DNA of 64,000 nt, taken from contig OZ242260.1 in assembly GCA_965207065.1 (NCBI GenBank), forward strand, positions 800,001 to 864,000, in the 5' to 3' direction. This DNA comes from a bacterium. Its GTDB lineage: Bacteria > UBA8248. The notes beneath the pieces were generated by a model. The model made no database searches. It saw only the letters and a program-made list of their open reading frames with translations, and was not told where the DNA came from. Below are positions 29,428 through 37,932 of this stretch, piece by piece (position 1 is the first letter of the stretch; the number at the start of each line of letters is the position of its first letter). Made by a program: the position numbers and the translations under genes.

Positions 29428-30696
29428 ATGAGCAAAGAACTGCGCCTGTGGTACGGATGGGTGATCCTCCTCAGTGTCTTCATGATCCTGACGGTGACCA
29501 TCGGCATCAGAAACTCCATCGGCGTTTTCTTCAAGGACATCTCTGGCGAGTTCGGCTGGAACCGCGCGGAGACAGCCGCCGCCTTCACCATGGGCATGCT
29601 CGGCCAGGCGATGGTCGCCCCCTTCGCGGGCTGGGTGCTCGAGCGTTTCAACATGCGCTGGGTGATCGGCGCAGGCATCCTCGTGAACGGAGCGGCGCTC
29701 ATCATCGGAGCCTATATCGGCGCCCTCTGGCAATTCTACGCCATGTATTTTCTGCTATCGGTCGGCTTCGCCTTCACGGCCAACCTGCCGCAGGTGCAAC
29801 TGCTCTCGAACTGGTTCGTCTTGAAGCGCGGCCTCGCCATGGGGTTTTCGCACGCAGCCCAGGGCTTCGCGCCCATCGTGAACATCTTCACCCCCCTGCT
29901 CATCGCGGCACTCGGCTGGCGGGGGAGCTATCTCGCGCTGGCGGGAATCGTGCTCCTCCTCGTGCTGCCCTTCGCCGTGACGACGCTGCGCGACCACCCC
30001 AGAGAGAAGCGAACCGCTCCCGACGCGCCTTTTCTCACGTCTGAGGAGTTCTCCCGCGCCCGCGCCAGGGCCGCCGTTATCATTCCTGCAGATAAAGAAA
30101 CGGAAACTGTATCCTTTACTTTTTTCTTCACCCGCAGGTTCATGCTGATCGGAGGAATATACGGCAGCATCGCGTATGTCTTCACCGCCGTTCTGGTGCA
30201 TTTGATCCCCCACGCGACGGACCAGGGCTTCTCTCCCTCGGGGGGCGCCGCGCTCTTCGCCCTTTACGGGGCGGCCCTCGTCGTGGGAAACGGGCTGAGC
30301 GCGATTTCGGATCGCATCGGGAGGCTCCCCACCTACATGGTGGGCGTGGTGTGCGGCGTGGCCGCGAGTTATCTCCTGGCCGCCTTCACGCGCGCATCGC
30401 ACGAGTGGCTGATATACGCGGGCGCGATGGGGGTGGGTTTCGCCCTGGGTTTCGTCCGCCCCACGGCGTCCTCTCTGTTGGCGGATCATTTCGCGGGGCC
30501 GGGATTCGGTCTCGTGAACGGGTGCGCAATGATGGTCTTCTCGCTCATTGGCGCACTCGGCCCCCTCGTGACGGGGATGCTTTTCGACGCCAGCGGAAAC
30601 TATTATTCGGGTTTTCTCCTCGTGGGCGGCATGTTCATCGTTGGCGCGATTTTCGTCGTGAGCCTCTCGCGTATGCCGCGCGAAGAGCGCGCTTAG
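29428..30696 (+). CDS. MFS transporter
   Basis: About 12 TM; WYGWVIL, EFGWNRA, NWFVLKRGLAMG and SDRIGR. Confidence 0.9.
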   Translation: MSKELRLWYGWVILLSVFMILTVTIGIRNSIGVFFKDISGEFGWNRAETAAAFTMGMLGQAMVAPFAGWVLERFNMRWVIGAGILVNGAALIIGAYIGALWQFYAMYFLLSVGFAFTANLPQVQLLSNWFVLKRGLAMGFSHAAQGFAPIVNIFTPLLIAALGWRGSYLALAGIVLLLVLPFAVTTLRDHPREKRTAPDAPFLTSEEFSRARARAAVIIPADKETETVSFTFFFTRRFMLIGGIYGSIAYVFTAVLVHLIPHATDQGFSPSGGAALFALYGAALVVGNGLSAISDRIGRLPTYMVGVVCGVAASYLLAAFTRASHEWLIYAGAMGVGFALGFVRPTASSLLADHFAGPGFGLVNGCAMMVFSLIGALGPLVTGMLFDASGNYYSGFLLVGGMFIVGAIFVVSLSRMPREERA

Positions 30697-30700
30697 GACC

Positions 30701-31969
30701 ATGAACGTCATGCGGGACGAATCGCGCCTCTGGTACGGCTGGGTGGTGCTGGCCGTGGTCTTTCTCGTCATGATTTCGCTCATCGCCATTCGCGCCACCA
30801 TCGGGCCCTTCTTCAAGGAAATCTCGGGTGAGCTGGGCTGGAGCCGGGGGGCGACGGCGGCGGCTTTTTCCATCGGCATGCTGGCCCAGGCGATCATCTC
30901 GCCGCTGGCGGGCATCTTTTCCGACCGCTGGAGCATACGGGCGTCGATGTCGGCGGGGGTCGTGGTATTCGGCCTCTCGCTTCTCATCGGGAGCCAAATC
31001 TCCTCGCTCTGGCATTTTTATCTGATGTACATCGGCCTGTGCGCAGGCTTCGCCGCGAGCACTTGGATCGCCCAGGTGCCCACGCTCTCGAACTGGTTCG
31101 TGATAAAAAGAGGGCTCGCCCTGGGCATTTCCAACACCTGCCAGGGAGGGGCCTTCTGCCTGAATATAGCGACTCCCTACCTCATCACGGCCCTGGGCTG
31201 GCGAATGAGCTATCTAGCGCTGGCGGGTGTAACCCTGCTCATCGTGCTCCCCGTCTGCATCATTTTTCACAGGGACCACCCATCGGACAAAGGCACCATC
31301 GCCGACGCTCCTTTCGTCCTGGAACTGCCGGAGGAGCAAACTCCGAAACCAGCGCCTCCATCCGCCGATGAGCCGCCGGTCTCCATGTACAACCTGCCGT
31401 TTTTCTTCTTCATGGGTTCGTTTCTGCCCATGGCGTACACCTTTGCGGGGATGCTCGTCCATCTGGTGCCACACGCCACGGATCAGGGCTTCTCGCTCGA
31501 AACCGCGAGCGTTCTGTTCGCCATCTGGGGCTTATGCCAGGTGGGAGCGAACCTCATCAGCCCGGTCTCGGACCGCCTTGGCCGGGTGCCGACGTTCCTC
31601 ATCGGCGTGGTTCTCGGGATCGCCTCCGTCCTGGTTCTGGCCAACTTCGAGCAGGGCGACCCCCAAATCCGCTTCTACCTGGGCACGATCGCCAATGGTC
31701 TCGCCCTGGGGCTCATGCGGCCTACCGGCTCGGCCATCCTGGCGGATTATTTCGAAGGCCCGGGCTTCGGGCGCGTGAACGGCGTAGCGATGATGGGCTT
31801 CGCCCTCTGGGGTTCGGCAGGGCCATGGACCACGGGTTTCCTCTTCGACCTGCACGGCTCCTACCTTTGGGGACTTTCGGCCTTCGCGCTCATGTTTTTC
31901 CTCTGCGGCTTCTTTGTCGTGTTGCTCGGCTGGGTGAAAAGAGATAAGAGAGGGGCGTCTCCAGCCTGA
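30701..31969 (+). CDS. MFS transporter (paralog of the upstream gene)
   Basis: WYGWVVL, ELGWSRG, NWFVIKRGLALG and SDRLGR; shares HL.PHATDQGFS with the upstream MFS. Confidence 0.9.
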   Translation: MNVMRDESRLWYGWVVLAVVFLVMISLIAIRATIGPFFKEISGELGWSRGATAAAFSIGMLAQAIISPLAGIFSDRWSIRASMSAGVVVFGLSLLIGSQISSLWHFYLMYIGLCAGFAASTWIAQVPTLSNWFVIKRGLALGISNTCQGGAFCLNIATPYLITALGWRMSYLALAGVTLLIVLPVCIIFHRDHPSDKGTIADAPFVLELPEEQTPKPAPPSADEPPVSMYNLPFFFFMGSFLPMAYTFAGMLVHLVPHATDQGFSLETASVLFAIWGLCQVGANLISPVSDRLGRVPTFLIGVVLGIASVLVLANFEQGDPQIRFYLGTIANGLALGLMRPTGSAILADYFEGPGFGRVNGVAMMGFALWGSAGPWTTGFLFDLHGSYLWGLSAFALMFFLCGFFVVLLGWVKRDKRGASPA

Positions 31970-31998
31970 ATCATGGAACCCCGAATTCGAGGATACGC

Positions 31999-32904
31999 AT
32001 GCCGATAGAAAAAGTAGATGGGTTCTATTTTCACCCCACCTCGCGCGATCGCGTACTGGCGCAGCGCCACGCGGACCCGGCCAAAACGCCCTGGACGCCG
32101 TTGGACAAGCCACTGGCAGAGTGCAAGGTCACCCTGGTATCAACGGCAGGCATCTTCATGAAGAACGACGTTTCTTTCGATTACGAAAGAGAGCACCGCG
32201 AGGGCACCTGGGGCGACCCCACCCACCGGGAGATTCCCAAGACGGCGGGCCAGCACGACGTGGAATATTCCCATCTGCACGTCGACACTTCGTTCTTGGC
32301 CCAAGACAGGAACGTGTCCTGGCCGGTCGATATTTTCCTGGAATTCGAAAGAGAGGGGAAAATCGGCGCGCTGGCCGATACGCTCTATTCCATCATGGGC
32401 TACATCCCGAACTTCAACCCGCTGGTGAAGCGCACGGCGCCCCTGATGATCGAGAAAATGAAAGAAGAAGGAGTCGACGCGGCCTTCCTCTATCCGGTCT
32501 GACCCTTGTGCAACCGGTCCGGCGGACTGCTTCAGCGTGAAATCGAAAAGGCGGGGATCGCCACCGTCATCATCTCCAACGTGCCCGAGACCACCGAGCG
32601 CGTCTGCGTGCCCAGGGCGGTGTTCGTCCAGTACCCCTTCGGGCGGCAACTGGGCGTCGTGGGCGATTACGAGGGACAGCGCCGGATTTGCGAGGACATG
32701 GCGGCGCTGCTCGAAGAAGCAAAAGCGCCCAACGCCTACCGGCACCTGCCGTATGAATGGCCCGAACCGCCGGAGACCACCAAATGGCGTCCGGACGTGC
32801 CGCCGCCCATCTTCACCGTCCGGCAGGCCAAAGAGGGTGGACACAATCTGCTGGATGACTTCAAGGACGAAGAGCGCGCCGCGTATACCGATGCAGAGCG
32901 TTAG
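31999..32904 (+). CDS. GrdB/PrdB-like (glycine/proline reductase selenoprotein B family) selenoprotein, Sec at TGA 32500-32502
   Basis: PWTPLDKPLAECKVTLVSTAG...H.H.D....DRN..WP then LYPV-TGA-PLCNRSGGLLQREIEKAGIATV..PRAVFVQYPFGRQLG all in one frame; 301 aa with UxxC. Confidence 0.85.
32510..32530 (+). promoter_or_regulatory. Putative bacterial SECIS element
   Basis: Hairpin CGGTCC-GGC-GGACTG (32515-32529), G-starting apical loop about 18 nt after the in-frame TGA. Confidence 0.6.
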
Positions 32905-32964
32905 GCGAGCACACGGGACGCGCCGAAAATCTTCCCGGTGCTATCGCACCTCAGCGCCGGAAAA

Positions 32965-34374
32965 TTATGCTTTCTCCAACCTGGCGAAATTGAGATAAAA
33001 CCGCCCGTCCACTTCCGTGCGCGAAAGCGTCTGCGCGAAATCTTTGGACTCCACCCGGTAGTCCCGCTCTTCTCCTCTCGCTCTGGTAACGCTCAAAAGC
33101 GTCTCCCCATCGAGGCCGCCGGGCGTCTCCTGCCCCATCAAGGAGAGGATGGTGGGGGCCAGGTCGACGTTCCCCGTCGGCGCATCCACCCGCGCGCCCG
33201 CCGGAAAAGCGGGGCCTGCGCCAATCAGGAAATTGCCTAACTCATACGGGCTGCACGAGCCGTGCGTTCCGCCGCTTCCCTTGTTGTTGACCGATGAATA
33301 CCCCCAGCCGGGTAGCGCGTCTTCGCGTTTCTCTCCCTCCAAGAATCCATCGCCCCACTGAAAGCCCATCAGCAAATCTGGCGCGCGTGGTCCACCGCAG
33401 CCCACAAGGCTCAAAGACATCGTGCCCGGCAACGCGCCTTCGGCTCCATCCCCGTCTTTGGAGAACAGCGGTCCCGCCCAGTCCTTCGTCCGCAAGAACT
33501 CTGCGAGCTCCAACATCGTGGTTTCCGATTCGCCGTAGAAAAGCGCGGCGCCCTCGCTGTGCGCCACCTGCCAACTCTCCCCGCGGACGGGGAGGTCCGC
33601 AAGTTCCGCTTCCAGGTCGATCATGCCCGCCGTCGTCACCACCCCGTGGTCGGAGAACAAAAGAAGGTTCGTCTGCGCCCAATCATCGCGCTCCGCTCGA
33701 AACCTCTCCCAGAACGCGCCGAACAGCCTGTCCACCCCCTCCAAAGCCTCGCGATGAACTGCACCTGCTGTGCCCTGGTGGTGCTGCGTGCTGTCCGGCT
33801 CGCTCAGGTGAACCACGAGCACGGCGGGTTCGAGTTCGGGGATGGCGTAATCGAGCGCCACGTCGAGCGCCCACGCGCAGCGTTCCAAATCAGGTTCGCC
33901 TGCGGCGGGGATTTCCCCCGCCTCCTCGATTCTTCCAATTTCTTCAGCGGGATGCGTCGCCTCAGGATGGATCAGACACGCAGGCCGGCCCGCGTTCCAG
34001 AGCCAGGCGGAACCGCTCGACGCGGCGCTGACGATGACGCCGCCGCCCACCCGCTCGAAAAAGGTGTCCCTCAAGAGCAGACGCCCGCCCATGGCGCGCT
34101 CCCAAGCGAGGAGGTGCTCGTAGCGGCCCGTGGTGATGGATTCGCCCAACTCGGGTGAAAAGAGGGAATTGCCCGGCAGGCCGTGCGTTCGGGGGTAGAC
34201 GCCGGTGGCCAGGCTCGAGACGCAAACCCTGGTCGAGGTGGGAAACGTGCTGCGGTGATTCTGGAACCAGACACCCCGCTCCGCCGCGGCGAGGAGATTC
34301 GGCGTTCTCTCCTCACTCAGGGCATCCGCGCGCAGACCATCGAACTGAATCGCTATTACGCGGGGCGTCGGCAT
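32965..34374 (-). CDS. Alkaline phosphatase superfamily nucleotide pyrophosphatase/phosphodiesterase
   Basis: IQFDGLRAD, FPTSTRV..SLATG..P.THG, EPDSTQH, FSDHG, GTHG and NVDLAPTIL. Confidence 0.85.
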   Translation of the reverse strand: MPTPRVIAIQFDGLRADALSEERTPNLLAAAERGVWFQNHRSTFPTSTRVCVSSLATGVYPRTHGLPGNSLFSPELGESITTGRYEHLLAWERAMGGRLLLRDTFFERVGGGVIVSAASSGSAWLWNAGRPACLIHPEATHPAEEIGRIEEAGEIPAAGEPDLERCAWALDVALDYAIPELEPAVLVVHLSEPDSTQHHQGTAGAVHREALEGVDRLFGAFWERFRAERDDWAQTNLLLFSDHGVVTTAGMIDLEAELADLPVRGESWQVAHSEGAALFYGESETTMLELAEFLRTKDWAGPLFSKDGDGAEGALPGTMSLSLVGCGGPRAPDLLMGFQWGDGFLEGEKREDALPGWGYSSVNNKGSGGTHGSCSPYELGNFLIGAGPAFPAGARVDAPTGNVDLAPTILSLMGQETPGGLDGETLLSVTRARGEERDYRVESKDFAQTLSRTEVDGRFYLNFARLEKA

Positions 34375-34388
34375 GGTTGCTCATCCCG

Positions 34389-34421
34389 AAAAAAAGCGGC
34401 GGGGGATTCCGCCCCCGCCGC
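34389..34421 (-). terminator. Rho-independent terminator after the nitrile hydratase alpha-like gene
   Basis: 10-bp GC stem GCGGCGGGGG/CCCCCGCCGC followed by T7 on the minus strand. Confidence 0.8.
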
Positions 34422-34442
34422 ATGGAAAAGTCGAGCCTTGGA

Positions 34443-35207
34443 TCAGGTGGCCTGCTCCGACGCCTGCATCGCTTCTTCGAGTTGTTCCGGCGTCAGGGGA
34501 TCGCCCACGCCGATCATCGAATCGCGCGTCACGAGCTGGAAGAGTTGCGCTTCGTTCCAGTCCTCGGTTCCCGCCGGACGCTGGGGGATGATGAGATAGC
34601 GGCAATCCGCGTTCGAGTCGATGACGATGAGCTCCACGTCATCGGGCGCATCGAAGCCCATGTCCTTCAAGGTTCCCCTCGGGTCCGACACGGCCTTCGA
34701 GCGATAGGGGAAACTCTTGTACCAGGTGGGGGGCTGGCCGAGGATTTGCCTCGGGTAGCACGAACACAGCGTGCACACCACCATGTAGCGGGTCGTGTCG
34801 GTATTCTCGAGAGCCACCACGCGGTTGATGCCCGTGGTGTCGACCCCCATCTCGCCGCAGGCGGCGTCCGCGTCCGCAAGGAGCCTCTCCTTGAAGCCCT
34901 CATCCACCCATGCGCGCGCGATGATGCGCGAACCGATGGCGGGGCTCTGGCCATAAATCTCCTCCACCGCGCGTCTCATCTCGTCGGTCGTGAGAAGGCC
35001 CTTCTCTCTGAGGACGTTCATCAGGGCCATCATGCGCACCTGGTAGTAGTCCAGATCGTGCTCGACCTGGGTCACGGCTCCTTCGCGGTAGGCGTCGTCG
35101 GACTGCATCCGCGCGTTGTGCGCCCCAGGGTCCTGGCTGTAGGTGTGGGGATGGTCGCCGTGATGGTGAACATGTCCGCCGTTGTGGTGATCGTGTGAGT
35201 GCGCCAT
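34443..35207 (-). CDS. Cobalt-type nitrile hydratase alpha / thiocyanate hydrolase gamma-like subunit
   Basis: VVCTLCSCYP metal motif (Thr/Tyr = Co type), ARAWVD..FK.RLL, WYKS..YR and VTRDSMIGVG; His-rich N-terminus. Confidence 0.9.
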   Translation of the reverse strand: MAHSHDHHNGGHVHHHGDHPHTYSQDPGAHNARMQSDDAYREGAVTQVEHDLDYYQVRMMALMNVLREKGLLTTDEMRRAVEEIYGQSPAIGSRIIARAWVDEGFKERLLADADAACGEMGVDTTGINRVVALENTDTTRYMVVCTLCSCYPRQILGQPPTWYKSFPYRSKAVSDPRGTLKDMGFDAPDDVELIVIDSNADCRYLIIPQRPAGTEDWNEAQLFQLVTRDSMIGVGDPLTPEQLEEAMQASEQAT

Positions 35208-35245
35208 GGTGTGCTCCTCGCTCACGGGGGAACCGGTGGATTCGC

Positions 35246-35533
35246 CTAGACCGGCTCCAGCCAATGTTCATATATTTCGATATAGAGTTTGTCCTGTTTT
35301 TTCCCCGCCTCGTGATCCCAGAGATCGTTGATTTCGAACTCCACCCAGTAGAGTTCCCTGAGCGGCAGGCCGTCGCCGCCGTAGGCGAGATTCTCGGGGT
35401 TTTTGTATTTGCCGAAATAACGGTTGACGACGCCCGTCTTTCCCTTCACGAAATAAGTCGTCCGGTGGTGGCCGTCGGGGTACATCTCCTTGATGCGAAC
35501 CCTGTCGCCCACGCGGTAGCGGGTTTCCTCCAT
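35246..35533 (-). CDS. Nitrile hydratase beta C-terminal SH3-like domain protein (ScnA-like)
   Basis: RYRVGDRVRI....PDGHHRT..FVKGKTGVV, LY.VEF..DLW and EIYEHWLEP. Confidence 0.88.
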   Translation of the reverse strand: MEETRYRVGDRVRIKEMYPDGHHRTTYFVKGKTGVVNRYFGKYKNPENLAYGGDGLPLRELYWVEFEINDLWDHEAGKKQDKLYIEIYEHWLEPV

Positions 35534-35616
35534 CGGAACATCCCCTTTGCAGTTGAATCGACTTGATCTGAAATACTTATCTGAATTTTACACCGCGAAG
35601 GCTCTTTGTCCAGCCC

Positions 35617-36633
35617 CTACTTCGCAAGTCCGTACACGCGCCTGGCATTCGTAGTGAGAATCATCTCCTGCTCCGCTTCCGAGAGGCGGTTCAGGCCCGG
35701 AATATCCCGCGCGGGCTGGTGATAGCCCATGTCCGCCGGATAGTCCGTGCCGTAGAGAATCCGCTCCGCCCCAAGCGTCTTCGCCGCGAACTCGAAGCAA
35801 TCCGCGTTGTGGATGATGGTGTCGTAATAGAAACGACCGAAATACTGCTCGGGGTCCTTCGCTCCGTGGACCTTGGGTTCCCTACGCTCGCCGTAGCCGT
35901 GCTGCCAGCGGCCCCGGATCCAGGGCACGAAGCCGCCCACGTGGGAGAGATAGAATTTCAGTTCCGGGAACCTGTCCATTACGCCGCCGAAGATGAGGCA
36001 CGCCACCGCAACCGTGGTGTCGAGCGGGTTTCCGATAAAATTCCTCAAGTAGAAATCCTGGAGGCGATCTCCACCGCCCAGCACGTTCGTGGGGTGCACG
36101 AACACAGGCATGTCGAGCGCCTCCGCCTTGGCCCAGAATACGTCCAGACCCGGATCGTCGAGGTTTTTTCCCGCCACGTTCGAGGCGATCATCACGCCGA
36201 GGTGGCCGTTCGCGCTTGCGCGCTCGAGTTCCGCCGCCGCAGCTTCCGGGTCCTGGAGGGGCACCGTGGCCATGCAGGAGAATTTATCGGGATACTCCCC
36301 CGCCAGCGCGCTCAGGCCGTCGTTCAGCGAAGCGGCCAACTCCTTGTTCGCTTCCGCCTCCAATGTATAGAGCGTCATGGCCGGGCCGATGGAGAGCACC
36401 TGATGCGCGACGCCCATCCGCTCCATGTCAGCGAAGCGCGGCTCAAGCTCATAATAAAGGGGCGTGAGCTTATTCCTGAGTTCCGAATCGCGCCCCAGAA
36501 CCTTTCCGCGCGTAATGAGCCACTCGCCGTGTTCGTCAGTTTCTATCGACGCCGTGCGGCCGAAGCGGCCCGCGCGCACGTCCGCGATGAACTGCCCGGG
36601 ATAGATATGTGTATGGGGGTCGATCGCCGTCAT
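35617..36633 (-). CDS. Amidohydrolase-2 family (ACMSD/decarboxylase-hydratase-like)
   Basis: IDPHTH, VPLQDPEAAAAELER, VFVHP, SHVGG and LYGTDYP. Confidence 0.88.
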   Translation of the reverse strand: MTAIDPHTHIYPGQFIADVRAGRFGRTASIETDEHGEWLITRGKVLGRDSELRNKLTPLYYELEPRFADMERMGVAHQVLSIGPAMTLYTLEAEANKELAASLNDGLSALAGEYPDKFSCMATVPLQDPEAAAAELERASANGHLGVMIASNVAGKNLDDPGLDVFWAKAEALDMPVFVHPTNVLGGGDRLQDFYLRNFIGNPLDTTVAVACLIFGGVMDRFPELKFYLSHVGGFVPWIRGRWQHGYGERREPKVHGAKDPEQYFGRFYYDTIIHNADCFEFAAKTLGAERILYGTDYPADMGYHQPARDIPGLNRLSEAEQEMILTTNARRVYGLAK

Positions 36634-36718
36634 CTTTTTCTCTATCTTCTGCCGGGGGGAGGCCCTCCCGGGCCCCCTCACCGCACGTGAATCGAGTCGT
36701 ATTCGCCGCCGCTGGCTT

Positions 36719-37735
36719 TTACACGTCCAGCTTGTAGAGCTTCTTCACGTTTCCGTAGAGCATCTGTTCCTGCTCATCCGCCGAGAAGCGCGAAAGCCCC
36801 GGAATCTCCTTCGCCCCGGCCAGATAGCCCATGTCGAAGGGATAGTCCGTACCGTAGAGAATCTTGTCCACGCCGAGCGTTTTCACGGCGAACTCGAAGG
36901 AATCCGCGTTGTGGATGATGGTGTCGTAATAAATTTTTCCGAAATACTGTTCGGGGTCTTTTGCGCCGTGCACCTTGGGTTCCCTGCGCTCGCCGTAGCC
37001 GTGCTGCCAGCGGCCCCGGATCCAGGGAACGAAACCGCCCACGTGCGAGACCAGGAACTTGATGTTCGGGAAGCGATCGAACACGCCGCCGAAGATGAGA
37101 CAGGCGATGGATATCGTCGTGTCGAGCGGGTTGCCGATGAAGTTCCTCAGGTAATAGTCCTTGAGCCGGTCGTTGACGCCGATGACGTCCACCGGGTGAA
37201 TGAAAATCGGCACGTCGTGCTCACACGCCTTGGCCCAGACGACGTCGAGCGCGGGGTCATCGAGATTATTTCCCGCGATGTTCGAGCCGATCTGACAACC
37301 CAGGTGGCCGTTTTTCACCGCGCGGTCGAGTTCCGCCGCCGCGGCTTCGGGGTCCTGGAGCGGAATCTGCGCCATGCACAGGAAACGCTCGGGGTGTTCT
37401 TTCGTGAGCGCGGTCAGCGCATCGTTCAGCGATGCGGAGAGTTCCCTGTTCAGGCCTGCGTCGAGCGCATAGTGCGTCATCGGCGGAACGACGGAGAGAA
37501 TCTGAATGTCCACGTTCTGGTTGTTGTCCATGTCGCTCAGGCGCATCTCGACGTCATAGGTTTCTTTCGGCAGCGGGTTCTTGTGAATCCGCTCCTCGCC
37601 GAGAACGGTGTTTTTCGTGACGAGCAGTTCCCACGGGTCGCCCGCTTCGATGGTGACGGCGTCGCCGAAACGGCCCTGGCGTACGTCTTCGATGAAACTC
37701 TCGGGAGCGATGTGGGCATGAGGGTCGATGATCAC
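36719..37735 (-). CDS. Amidohydrolase-2 family (ACMSD-like), paralog of the adjacent gene
   Basis: IDPHAH, IPLQDPEAAAAELDR, IFIHP, SHVGG and LYGTDYPFDM. Confidence 0.88.
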   Translation of the reverse strand: MIIDPHAHIAPESFIEDVRQGRFGDAVTIEAGDPWELLVTKNTVLGEERIHKNPLPKETYDVEMRLSDMDNNQNVDIQILSVVPPMTHYALDAGLNRELSASLNDALTALTKEHPERFLCMAQIPLQDPEAAAAELDRAVKNGHLGCQIGSNIAGNNLDDPALDVVWAKACEHDVPIFIHPVDVIGVNDRLKDYYLRNFIGNPLDTTISIACLIFGGVFDRFPNIKFLVSHVGGFVPWIRGRWQHGYGERREPKVHGAKDPEQYFGKIYYDTIIHNADSFEFAVKTLGVDKILYGTDYPFDMGYLAGAKEIPGLSRFSADEQEQMLYGNVKKLYKLDV

Positions 37736-37932
37736 CTGGACTTCTCCTTATCGGTACGTGAATGAGGATAAACCTAATTTCGCTCAGAAATAGATTCTTG
37801 GATTTTTCGAGGGCCGATTATGCACACTTTGCCGCCGCCGCGCCAGAGCGCGGGGTCATGATCCCGATTGTTGCGCAGCGCAATCGAGACGACGCGCATG
37901 CCGGTCAGCGTCTGTGTTCCGGCCGCGCCGTT

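Noticed and set aside
32500-32502. Nonsense mutation or two separate genes at the TGA
   Set aside because: The TGA falls exactly at the U/C of a (U/C)xxC motif, the frame continues, and a SECIS-like hairpin follows; the TTG start at 32506 has no evident RBS.
35786-37050. Recent gene conversion between the twin amidohydrolases
   Set aside because: The protein-identical block has many synonymous differences, which fits purifying selection rather than recent DNA copying.
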